DNA from: Eledone cirrhosa
Taxonomy: Eukaryota
NCBI GenBank assembly: GCA_964016885.1
Contig: OZ024741.1
Span: 252,092,001-252,156,000 of the forward strand
DNA: 64,000 nt
Reading direction: 5' to 3'
A model generated the notes under the pieces. The model was not told the origin of the DNA and ran no database searches. It saw only the letters and a list, made by a program, of their open reading frames with translations. The position numbers were made by a program, and so were the translations under genes. Positions 50,837-60,100 of the stretch are shown one piece after another (position 1 is the stretch's first letter; every line of letters starts with the position of its first letter).

Positions 50837-51007
50837 GGAAAAAGTATGACCCCGACGGCAGAGCTCAAGCTGTTTCGACGGCTATTTCTGGACCAGAAAC
50901 GGCTTGAGCTCTGCCGTCGGGGTCATACTTTTTCCTATTACCCACTCTACTACCCTAAGTACTCTGGTGCGTTATGGTTCATCTGGTTCCTTACCACATT
51001 TCCTTTG

Positions 51008-51008
<1 letters not shown>
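50836..51008. mobile_element. Hairpin-plus-tail element family C, copy 1, in (TA)n
   Basis: AGGAAAAAGTATGACCCCGACGGCAGAGCTCAAGC is followed by its reverse complement ending at ~50938, then a ~70-bp tail; second copy at 53251-53451. Confidence 0.8.
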
Positions 51009-51051
<43 letters not shown>

Positions 51052-51279
51052 TCTTTGTGTCCCCCAGACATCCTCTCTTGAAATGAAAGCATAACCCTAC
51101 CCACCTAATGTATCTTCAGTAGTAACTTTAAGGCCACCTCCCTTTTTTACAACTCTCCCTTGACAAACAGCATGCACACAACCACTGCTTTTCCAGCTAA
51201 GATTAGGGCAATAGAAGTGCCTTAGGTTCAGAGGTGGCATGATAAATAGCACCCAGTTCACCCTGTTAATTGTTAGTTC

Positions 51280-51563
51280 AATTCTTGGACCAGGTTTTTG
51301 CATTGCGTTCTTGAGCAAGACACTTTATTTCACATTGTTCCAGTTTACTCAGCTGTAGAAATGGATTGCGACGTCACTGGTGCCAATCTGTATCAGCCTT
51401 TCCCTTTCCCTTGGACAACATCATTGGCATGGAAGGGGGAGGCCAATATGCATGGGCAACTGCTGTTTTTCTATTTCCACAAACAAACCTTGCCCAGGCT
51501 TGTGACTCAAAGGAAAACTTACTAGGTGCAAAACCATGGTCATTAGTGACCGATGTGGGCCTC
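51280..51563 (+). mobile_element. SINE family A, 5'-degraded copy
   Basis: CTTGAGCAAGACACTTTATTTCACATTGTTCCAGTTTACTCAGCTGTAGAAATGG...CCTTTCCCTTGGACAACATCA matches 50221-50340. Confidence 0.75.
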
Positions 51564-51566
51564 TTT

Positions 51567-51600
<34 letters not shown>

Positions 51601-51682
51601 AGGTAAACAGAAATAACAACACAATCGGTACAGTGTAAAGAAGGTATATATTAGGTTAATGCTTGATATAGCAGGAAGAGGG

Positions 51683-51718
51683 TCTTAACATTTCGGACAC
51701 TAGTCCTTCATCAGAAGA
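51683..51718 (-). ncRNA. Minimal type-I hammerhead ribozyme motif, probably in a Penelope-like pLTR remnant (~51596-51818)
   Basis: Minus strand reads TCTT-CTGATGA-A-GGAC-TAGT-GTCC-GAAA-TGTT-AAGA: core CUGAUGA and GAAA, 4-bp stem II (GGAC/GTCC), stem I TCTT/AAGA, loopless stem III. Confidence 0.7.
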
Positions 51719-51840
51719 AAGAATGAGAGATAAGATAGATTAAGGGAACGGGCGGGATGGAATTGGAAAGAATGTCTTTAGATAAAAATAACAGGTCCAT
51801 TCATGTTGACATCTCTTATGTGTGTGTGTGTGTGTATGAT

Positions 51841-52076
51841 GTAAAGTGGTCATGACAAAACGTGCCCAGTCCACACTGTATAGTGGTTGATTTGGTGCCA
51901 CAGTAAATGGAACCGAGTCCATGCTATGAATATGGTTGGCATTAGGAAGGGCATCCAGCCGCAGAAACCAACCCAGAAACAGTTTTGTTCAAGCAAGACA
52001 GGGTCATCTGACCTGAATTTTCTCAACTTGTCTATCCCATGCTAGTGTTGAAAAATATATGATAAAAGTGATGATT
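51841..52076 (+). mobile_element. Diverged RTE 3'-end module
   Basis: CCACACTGTA units, TTGGCATTAGGAAGGGCATCCAGCC, and tail CCCATGCTAGTGTTGAAAA...GTGATGAT. Confidence 0.75.
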
Positions 52077-52108
52077 ATTATATATATATGTGGGTATGTT
52101 TGAGCGTG

Positions 52109-52541
52109 CAGAGTGGGATTTACGTATAAGCTAAACAAGCTATAGCTTAGGGCCCCTACTTTCTTGGGGCCCCGAAAAAATTGAAAAAAACGGTGTGTAC
52201 ATTTTAAAAATATAAGATAAAAAAGAACTAAAATAATTGTTTCTACTTTAGGCACAAGGCCAGCAATAACCCAGTGCATTACTGGTACTTTATTTTATCG
52301 ACCCTGTAAGGATGAAAAGCAAAGTCAACCTCGGCGGGATTTGAACTCAGATTGTAAAGGGACGTAACTATGCTGGAAAGCATGGCGTCCGACCCTCTAC
52401 CGATACGGCCAAACTAAAATAATGCAATAGTTTTAAACAGTTTTCTGCTTTAATATTGAACGTTTTGTAGTTTTTATAACATATAAAGGGCCCCATTATC
52501 TCAAATAGCTTAGGGCCTCATCAAATCTAAATCCGGCCCTG
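52109..52541. mobile_element. hAT-superfamily MITE with a nested SINE
   Basis: 8-bp TSD TGAGCGTG at 52101-52108 and 52542-52549; imperfect TIRs CAGAGTGGGATTTA / TAAATCCGGCCCTG; subterminal TAGCTTAGGGCC at both ends. Confidence 0.85.
52238..52411 (-). mobile_element. SINE family S, slightly 5'-truncated, inside the hAT MITE
   Basis: Homologous to 49850-50039; TSD AACTAAAATAAT at 52226-52237 and 52412-52423. Confidence 0.88.
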
Positions 52542-52596
52542 TGAGCGTGTATGTATGTGTTTGTCTTTATGCACATACATATATATATATATACAT

Positions 52597-52824
52597 AGCA
52601 CCCAATCTATACTGTAAAGTGATCATGTAGGTGTCACAACAAAAAGCACCCAGCACACACTGTAAATATGGTTGGTGTTAGGAAGGGCACCCAGCCATAG
52701 AATCCTAGCCAGAAACAGTTCTATATGAGTAATACAGTCACCTGACCCAACTTGCCTCAAATGCGACAACTCGTCTAACCCATGTTAGACTGGAAAATGG
52801 ACGTTAAACAATGATGATGATGAT
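52597..52824 (+). mobile_element. RTE 3'-end module (subtype resembling 60960-61227)
   Basis: AAAAAGCACCCAGCACACACTGTAAA, GTTGGTGTTAGGAAGGGCACCCAGC, CGTCTAACCCATG...GGACGTTAAAC, (GAT)n; flanked by TA repeats. Confidence 0.82.
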
Positions 52825-52837
52825 AGATATATATATA

Positions 52838-53004
52838 CTGTATTTCCCGGCGCCGAAGACGCGTCGTCCTCAAGGACGCACCCTAATTTTGACAGCCAAA
52901 AATTTGAAAAGAAATAATAAACAACCTTCGGCCTCCAGGAGGCATGGTAGAACTTTGAGACTTATTTTAGGAAAAAAAGTAGTCTTTGACACTGGGAAAT
53001 ACGG
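52838..53004. mobile_element. Tc1/mariner-superfamily (Tc2/pogo-like) MITE, 167 bp
   Basis: TA at 52836-37 and 53005-06; TIRs CTGTATTTCCC / GGGAAATACGG (C(C/T)GTA-type ends). Confidence 0.8.
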
Positions 53005-53014
53005 TATATATATC

Positions 53015-53190
53015 ATTGGTTACAACAATGACATATACGTGTACTTAAGTTTCACATACACCCCAACTACCCGACACAGGAGTTGGGGTGTATAACCCAA
53101 CAAAATTTAAGTACATGTATATGTCACTGTTGTAACCAATTATACTAAGGACTGAGTGCTCTTATGCTTGGATATTTCTTACAAACCTAT

Positions 53191-53197
<7 letters not shown>
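53015..53197. mobile_element. Hairpin-plus-tail element family D, in (TA)n
   Basis: 34-bp arms at 53015-53048 and 53107-53140 (2 mismatches), inner 13-bp stem at 53056-53068 and 53081-53093, then a 57-bp tail. Confidence 0.7.
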
Positions 53198-53229
<32 letters not shown>

Positions 53230-53250
53230 TATATATAAATATATATATAT

Positions 53251-53451
53251 AGGAAAAAGTATGACCCCGACGGCAGAGCTCAAGCCGTTTCGACGGCTAT
53301 TTCTGGCTATTTCTGGATAGAAATAGCCGTCGAAACGGCTTGAGCTCTGCCGTCGAGGTCATACTTTTTCCTATTTCCCACTCTACTACCCTAAGTATTG
53401 AGTACTCTGGTGCGTTATGGTCCATCTGGTTCCTTACCACAATTCCTTTGT
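53251..53451. mobile_element. Hairpin-plus-tail element family C, copy 2, in (TA)n
   Basis: 56-bp inverted repeat at 53249-53304 and 53319-53374 (1 mismatch) plus a ~77-bp tail; same ends as copy 1. Confidence 0.82.
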
Positions 53452-53914
53452 TATATATATATATATATATATATATACAAACATTTATACACACACACAC
53501 ATTGAGGCAAGTTAAGAAGATAACGTGATGTCCTATTGACTGCATGAACAGTAGTTACAATTATTACTACAGCTGTCTGTGTTGCGTTTCTGAACAAGGT
53601 ACATAACTCTGTCTAATCGAGATTTATTGACTGAATAAAACGCGCGTGTGTGTGTGCATGTATTTATATATTATATTTATGTGTATATACATTTAGATGA
53701 TTATATATAACACATACACCCATACACACACATATACATATATATGTATATATATTTAGATAAATATATACACACACTCACACAAATATATGTTTATATA
53801 TATATATATACTAATAATAAAAAGGACAATATACATACATACATACATATATACATATATATAAAAATTAACAAAAGAAGAGGAGGGGAGTCACGTGTGT
53901 TACAGGAAATATAA

Positions 53915-54135
53915 TATTGTTTCTACTTTTGGCACAAGGCCAGCAATACAGAAGGAAAGAGAAAGTCGATATATCGATCCTAGTGTATTACAGGTACTTT
54001 ATTTTAACAACCCCATTAACAATGAAAAGCAAAGCTAACCTTGGTCGGATTTGAACTAAGTACCTAAAGGGCCGTAATTATATTTTGCAAAGCATGTTGT
54101 CCATCGTCCATCATTCTAATGATATTGCTAATTCA
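53915..54135 (-). mobile_element. SINE family S, older copy
   Basis: TTGTTTCTACTTTTGGCACAAGGCCAGCAAT...GGTACTTTATTTTA...GGATTTGAACT matches the other S copies. Confidence 0.8.
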
Positions 54136-54289
54136 GCATGATACTATGAATTTCACATTATGTACAAGACTTTATAGTCATCAACTGTTGAAATAGTACT
54201 GCTGATCCAACCAGGGTCACAATGTTTGACGAAATAGTCAAACACTATCCTTGGAGTATTAAGATGAAAACCATACTAAACAAAACTTA

Positions 54290-55026
54290 CTGTATATACT
54301 CGAATATAAGCCGATCTTAATATAAGCCAACTCCACTATTTTATGTCTGAGAAATGGGCAAATATCTAAACCCAATTTATAAGCCAAAGCAGCTAATAAA
54401 CACATTGTTTAGAAGGTGAATATGAGGGGGCTTCAAAAAGTTCGTGGAAAAAGGACAGTAGGAAAAAACGGTTTAAGTTATGATGTTTATTTTTTAAAAT
54501 ATGCTCCATCTAGGTCAATACACTTCTGCAAGCGTTGATGCCAGCCTTTAAGTCCATCTGTGTAAAACTGAGGGATATGCGATTTAAATCATGTCAAAGC
54601 AGCTTTGTTTTACATCTTCAACTGTGGATCATCTTCAACTTCATCTCTTCCACTTATAAAATGACTTCTTTGGGGCATTGTCTAAATAAAGTTGCTCATG
54701 AGCTTAAATGATTTGGCTACTCTTCCACCCCAGCTTCACCATGAATTTGATATTTTGAAGGAGGCCATATTGCTTGAGCAGGTGCTGACTTCTGACTGGT
54801 GGCACCACGTTGCAAACATGCATTTAAGGGTTCATGTTAGAACATTTTATGACACGTTAGTAGGAGAATGTACTGGTGCATTGAGATCAAAGTGCCAGCA
54901 TATGATATTTAGCTATGTACTTTTTCCATGAACCTTTTGAAGCCCCCTCGTAAAAGCCAACACCTGCCCATTTTACCATTGATATTTTAGTTGTATATTT
55001 CTTGGTTTATATTTGAATATATACAG
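54290..55026. mobile_element. Tc2/pogo-like MITE hosting a nested mariner
   Basis: TA flanks at 54288-89 and 55027-28; TIRs CTGTATATACTCGAATATAAGCCGA / TTGGTTTATATTTGAATATATACAG (21/25 match). Confidence 0.78.
54423..54950 (-). mobile_element. Internally deleted mariner transposon, Hsmar2-like (irritans subfamily)
   Basis: TA TSD at 54421-22 and 54951-52; ~29-bp TIRs (C/T)GAGGGGGCTTCAAAA(A/G)GTTC(G/A)TGGAAAA; minus-strand transposase remnants NIKFMVKLGWKSSQII...DNAPKKS and PQFYTDGLKGWHQRLQKCIDLDGAYFKK*. Confidence 0.88.
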
Positions 55027-55669
55027 TATGTGTATAAAGTTGTACAGTATCAGATCTGCCAGCCTCTAAAAACCCAAATGGGGAGTACCATGAAAAAAAG
55101 TGCTCCAAAACAGAGAGAAATGAGGCAAAATGGGGAGATTTTACATAATGAAAGCTATACCCATTTTCACAAGAGAAGACATCTTTCACCCACCCCTAAG
55201 TGGGTGGGAGATGTCCCCATTGGACGGGGAGAGTTGACAGATTTGTAGTATGTGACAAAAGGGGCCAGTTAGACCTGGAGACAAAGACACATAGAGACAC
55301 ACAGAGAACATGGTGCTGAGATAAGAAAATTTGGGTTGATTTTAACAGCCACACTAAGATGGTAGGACATGATAGTAGTCACATGATAGGAAGGGAGATA
55401 TGTTCCAGTAAAATAGGCAACTTAACAAAAGACCAGTAGGAGGGCTGCATGTATCATATGTGATATTATGATATTGGCAAATAAGTACAAGACTCCATGA
55501 ATGACCATGAGGCTAAGGTGCTGAAATAACCAAGCATCCTTGTGGGTATCACTTGATTTATTGGTAAGGCAGCCACCACCAATGGCAAGAACTTATTGTT
55601 TGAGGCCCAGCTTCCCCCAGATATCTTGAACACCACATGTTTTAGTGGTGCTGCTTGTGTTGCTATTGT

Positions 55670-55995
55670 TGTGGCTTATGGTGGTGATGGTGTTGATAGC
55701 GATGATGTTGTTGGGGATGTTGATGGTGATGATAATGATGGTGATGGTGATGTTATTGTTGTTATTCTTGCTGATAGTGATGTTGATAGTGATGTTGATA
55801 GTGATGTTGCTGGTGTTATTGTTGATGTTGATGGTGATAGTGGTGTTAGTGATGTTGCTAATAGTGATTATAGTGATGTTGCTGGTGTTGTTGTTGTTAT
55901 TGTTGCTGATAGTGATTATAGTGATGCTACTGGTGTTGTTGTTATTGTTGATAGTGATGATAGTGATGTACTGATGGTGTTGTTGTTGTTATTAT
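55670..55995. repeat. Degenerate trinucleotide tract (GAT/GGT/GTT/AGT)
   Basis: 3-bp periodic low complexity, producing D/V-rich and M/L/V-rich pseudo-ORFs. Confidence 0.85.
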
Positions 55996-56007
55996 TGTCA
56001 TGATCTG

Positions 56008-56224
56008 TAGGGCGGTGGATTGACAGTATCAGTAGAGAGTCGAACGCCATGCTTTGCAGCATAGAGTTACGGCCCTTTGCCGTTTGAGTTCAAATCCCGC
56101 CGAGGTTAGCTTTGCCTTTCATTCTTACGGAGTCGATAAAATAAAGTACCAGTAATGTACTGGGTCGATTTAATCGACTTTCCCTTCCCCCCAAATTACT
56201 GGTCTTGTGCCTATATTAGAAATA
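56008..56224 (+). mobile_element. SINE family S, full length, 17-bp TSD
   Basis: Head TAGGGCGGTGGATTGACAG, B-box GAGTTCAAATCCC at ~56086, body GCCTTTCATTCTTACGGAGTCGATAAAATAAAGTACCAG; TSD ATTATTGTCATGATCTG at 55991-56007 and 56225-56241. Confidence 0.92.
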
Positions 56225-56270
56225 ATTATTGTCATGATCTGCAGTTCTTTTTTTTTTGTTTTGCTTGTAT

Positions 56271-56566
56271 ATCATCATCATCATCATCATCGTTTAACGT
56301 CCATCTTCCACGCTAACATGGGTTTAGACGGGAATTGTCCCACTTGAGGCAAGATTGGTTGTCTTGCTCGTATAGGACTGTCTGGCAGGTTTTCTATGGC
56401 TGGATGCCCTTCCTAACACCAACCACGTTTACAGTGTGGACAGGGAGGTTTTTACCGTGTTACCTACACGGCCACATTACAGCGTGGACTGTGTGTTTTT
56501 TTTCTCGACACCTACATACCTCATTTATTTAGGACTGGATGTTGTGGTACCAACATAACTTTACAG
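56271..56566 (-). mobile_element. RTE 3'-end module, inverted copy of 62558-62850
   Basis: (ATC)n then CGTTTAACGTCCATCTTCCACGC...GGATGCCCTTCCTAACACCAAC...GTTGTGGTACCAACATAACTTTACA. Confidence 0.88.
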
Positions 56567-56737
56567 AGAAAGTGGTGGTGTTGATTTATATTGATACAGT
56601 ATATTACATCAAGATATCCCTTGTGGTCAAATTCAAGTATTTGACTGGTGTCCAAGCAGTAGTCAACAAGCTTTTATTTATTATAGAACAATAGTTTACC
56701 AACTTTTTCCTCCTTCCCAATGACCACTTTTATTTAA

Positions 56738-56940
56738 CCCCTGAGCATTTACATTACTCTATATTAATTATTGTATTTTCATGGTAAAGTCTTTATCTCA
56801 CATAATATTGAATCTATGAGATTTTGATATTTATTTTGAGAACAATACCTTAACATAAGAATGAACAGCCGATAATGGCTGATTTGAACAGAAAGGTGAG
56901 AGAATTCTGGCCAGGTATGGCTAGTTTAAATGTTAAAGGG
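56738..56940. mobile_element. piggyBac-type MITE, copy 1
   Basis: TTAA at 56734-37 and 56941-44; TIRs CCCCTGAGCATTTA / TAAATGTTAAAGGG; inverted homologues at 59060-59276 and 59661-59866. Confidence 0.82.
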
Positions 56941-57214
56941 TTAAATCTATTTCTACCCCCTTCCTCCACCCCACCGCTTCCTCCTCCCCATCCCCTGCTC
57001 TGCTATAATCAATCCTCCCCCAGACTGTTACACAGTGGAAATAACAATCAAATGAGAGAAATGGTTAAACGTAGAGAAGAATGGAGAGCCAATAGTGTGT
57101 ACATGTTTTTAAGGAAGCATTTGGAATTTTCAGCTTAGCTAATAAGCCCCTAGTATTCCCTTTAGGGATTCCAGGATTGAAACTGTTGTTATAGAATGCG
57201 TTATTCTAAGATTA

Positions 57215-57370
57215 GGGGATGGGGTGAATTGGCAGAGTAATTGAAACATCAGATGGAATGCTTTGCAGTATTCATTCTGGTTCTCTGCATTCTAAATTCA
57301 AATGCCCCCCTCCCAGTCAACTTTACATTTCATCCTTTTTTGATAAAAAAAAATACCAGTCTAATACTTG
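57215..57370 (+). mobile_element. Degenerate SINE of family S type
   Basis: GGGGTGAATTGGCAGAG...AATTCAAAT...CAACTTTACATTTCATCC...GATAAAAAAAATACCAGT. Confidence 0.6.
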
Positions 57371-58004
57371 AGTCATTTCTTCCTCAATATCTCTTTTTGC
57401 CTCTATCCCTCTCTTTTCTTCTTTGGAAGAAATCAGCTGTATTCAGACCTGGGAAGGGGATGGGCTCTGCCAGGTTTAAAAGATAAAAAAAAAAGCTTAA
57501 GAAATGCTGTATGACACAATGGTACCCCTAAGACTCCACCCACCTGGACTCATGGGTTCATACAGACATACATACATACATTCTAAGATTTGTGAGGCTA
57601 TGTGTGGTGTACCAGAAGTAATAGGAGCAGTGATGTGATGTGAGCAGAAGGGCAAAATAACAAGGCCTCACTCCTTAGTTAATGGATACATGTTTGTGAG
57701 CTTGTGCAAAACCCAAGATTCTGGCCAGAGATTTTAGGGTGAGCATAGTTTGTGGATTTTGCCGCTAGACAGCCATAATATTTTTTAAGAGGACTGGCTA
57801 GGTAAGCAGTCTTACATTTTCCTCCTACAAAGACTTACAACTTAAAATATGTGATCTTTATTAGATGGATTTTAATGGATTTGTCAGAAGCTTCCTTACA
57901 GCTATATATGTTCTCTAACATCATTAGAGAGTTTATAGGGAGGTATTTGATTGCTACTGAAATATGGCAGCATGCCACACAAATTCCATGACATGTAATA
58001 GTGT

Positions 58005-58150
58005 TGGAGACAGCGAATTGGTTGAATCATTAGAAGATGGGGCATATTTTAAGGTATTTGCTCTGGCTGTATGCACTCTGAGTTCATATCTTTGACTTTC
58101 ATAATTTTGAAGTTGATAAAAAAGTACCATCTCAGTACTGGAGTCAATTC
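58005..58150 (+). mobile_element. Degenerate SINE of family S type
   Basis: GCGAATTGGTTGAATC...CTGAGTTCATAT...GTTGATAAAAAGTACCA...GTACTGGAGTCAAT. Confidence 0.55.
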
Positions 58151-58155
58151 TTCCC

Positions 58156-58158
<3 letters not shown>

Positions 58159-58216
<58 letters not shown>
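58159..58216. repeat. (TC)n microsatellite
   Basis: About 29 perfect TC units. Confidence 0.97.
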
Positions 58217-58220
<4 letters not shown>

Positions 58221-58496
58221 ACATTCACACTCACTCCTTTGGAAGACATCAGCTGTTTTTAGACCTGAAGAAGGGATGGAATCCATCAAATTTAAAATGC
58301 CCTACAACTCCATGAAGAGTTATGAGGCAATACATACTTTAGTGTTAGTGTTAATTATCACGTGTTGTGTGGAGTGCAGTGCAGTGCAACAGTGGTTGTG
58401 TGTTATGTTGAGTGTAGTGGGATAGTGATGGTGTGTGTCCTGTAGTGTGTGGTGTGGCATATTGTGTGTCAACAAAACTATGTTATGTTCTAGTGT

Positions 58497-58745
58497 GGAC
58501 ATGTTGTAAAACAGTGACAATATGTTGCATGGCAGTAAGTTATGTTGTGTGGCAGTAAGGACATGTTGTGTTCCAATGAGCTATATTGTGTGGCAGTGAG
58601 GACATGTTGTATGGCCGTAAGGATATGTTGTGTGACAGTAAGGATATGTTGTGAAGCAGTAAAATACATTTTGTGACAGTAAGAACATGAGCTGCAGTAA
58701 GGATATATTGTGTGGGAATAAGGACATGTAAGATATGTTGTAAGT
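58497..58745. repeat. Diverged 21-bp minisatellite, preceded by a GT-rich pentamer-like tract (58340-58495)
   Basis: Unit ~ATATGTTGTGTGGCAGTAAGG, about 11 imperfect copies. Confidence 0.8.
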
Positions 58746-58769
58746 AAAGACGCAATCAGTCATGAAAGA

Positions 58770-59298
58770 CCATGGGATATGTACCTAGAAAGTTCCCCTC
58801 CAAGGCACAAGTCTGGGCAAGGTTGTCTGTGGAAATCCAGCAGTCACTCATGCATAACAGTCACCCTTCTCCATGCCACTGATGTTGTCCAAAGGAAAGG
58901 TAATAGTCAATACAGCTTGGCACGAGTAACATAGCAACTCATTTCTAGAGCTGAGTAAACTGAAGCAACGTGAAATAAAGTGTCTTGCTCAAGAACACAA
59001 CACATAGCCTGGTTTAGGAATCAAACTCACAACCTCACAATTGTAAGTCTGACACTTAACTCTTTAGTATTTAAACCGGCTGTACCCAGCCAGAATTCTT
59101 TCCCCTTTTTGAAACTGGTTATAACCAGTAGTTCACACCAACGTTAAGATATTCTTGAAATAAACAATAATCATCAAAATCTCGTAGACTTGAGATTATA
59201 TGAGATAATTATGTGAGATAAAGTCTTTACCATGAATATACAATAATAAATATAGAGTAATGTAAATGCTAAAGGGTTATACCCTTAAGCCATTTACC
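58770..59298 (-). mobile_element. SINE family A, interrupted near its head by a piggyBac MITE
   Basis: GAAATAAAGTGTCTTGCTCAAGAACACAA is the reverse complement of the family A core; the head resumes at 59281 (ACCCTTAAGCCATTTACC). Confidence 0.75.
59060..59276. mobile_element. piggyBac-type MITE, copy 2
   Basis: TTAA at 59056-59 and TTAT at 59277-80; ends CTCTTTAGTATTTA / TAAATGCTAAAGGG; reverse complement of 56738-56940. Confidence 0.8.
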
Positions 59299-59471
59299 TT
59301 CATTGTTGTCAGACAGTAAAGGCATAATGTGCAGTAATTAGGACATGTATGTCAGTGAGAAAATGTGTAGCAATGAGACCATGATGTTTTGGTGGTTGCA
59401 TGTATCATTGTGTTGTGGCCATATTACGAGTGGGAAACAACTATAAAACTGACTAAAGCTAATCTGTTTAA

Positions 59472-59866
59472 CCTTTAGCATGCTAGGAATGTTTATGAAT
59501 TGCTTCCCTTGACACTGCATTATGTATTAAGGGGAGATTACTCTATCCACGACTTATTGTGCCTGGAGCTTCCAGAATAGCAAATAGAAGCCAAACATTA
59601 AGAAAACTAGTCATTATATCATTGTCCATATTGACAAAATCCCTGTAGTAAAGTTGACATTTAAACTGGCCATATCCAGCCAGAATTCTCTCACCTCTTT
59701 CTGTTCAAACTGGTTGTAACTGGCCGCTCATACTTATGTTAAGGTATTGTTCTCAAAATAAATAATAGCAAAATCTTGATTTGATATTATGTGAGATAAT
59801 TAGGAGAGGTAAAAGCTTTATCATGAAAATATGATAGTATATATAAAGTATTGTAATGGTAAAGGA
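59472..59866. mobile_element. piggyBac-type MITE, copy 3, apparently split by a ~179-bp insert (59482-59660)
   Basis: TTAA-CCTTTAGCAT at 59468-59481 rejoins TTAAACTGGCCATATCCAGCCAGAATTCTCTCACC at 59661. Confidence 0.6.
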
Positions 59867-59969
59867 TTATTAAGACAGTTTGCTTTTCAAAAGACATTTC
59901 AGATAAAAGCCTTCATCAGAGAAGTAACATCTTCCTCTCTTTGCCATTATTATATGACATTAATTCCCC

Positions 59970-60015
<46 letters not shown>

Positions 60016-60047
60016 ATATGACATTAATTATATGACATTAATTCCCC

Positions 60048-60090
<43 letters not shown>

Positions 60091-60100
60091 GATATATATA

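Noticed and set aside
53281-53345. Hammerhead ribozyme in family C (GTCGAAACGG)
   Set aside because: The GAAAC half is present, but there is no CUGANGA on either strand, so it is not called.
55596-56003. D/V-rich and hydrophobic M/L/V ORFs
   Set aside because: Products of a degenerate trinucleotide tract that is open in two frames.
56008-56100. tRNA gene
   Set aside because: Only a B-box and weak A-box; no cloverleaf; it continues into a SINE body flanked by TSDs.
59831-60100. N-terminal 90 aa of the 363-aa ORF as real protein
   Set aside because: Read-through of a MITE end and (TA)n (YIYIYI); RTE homology starts only near 60101.
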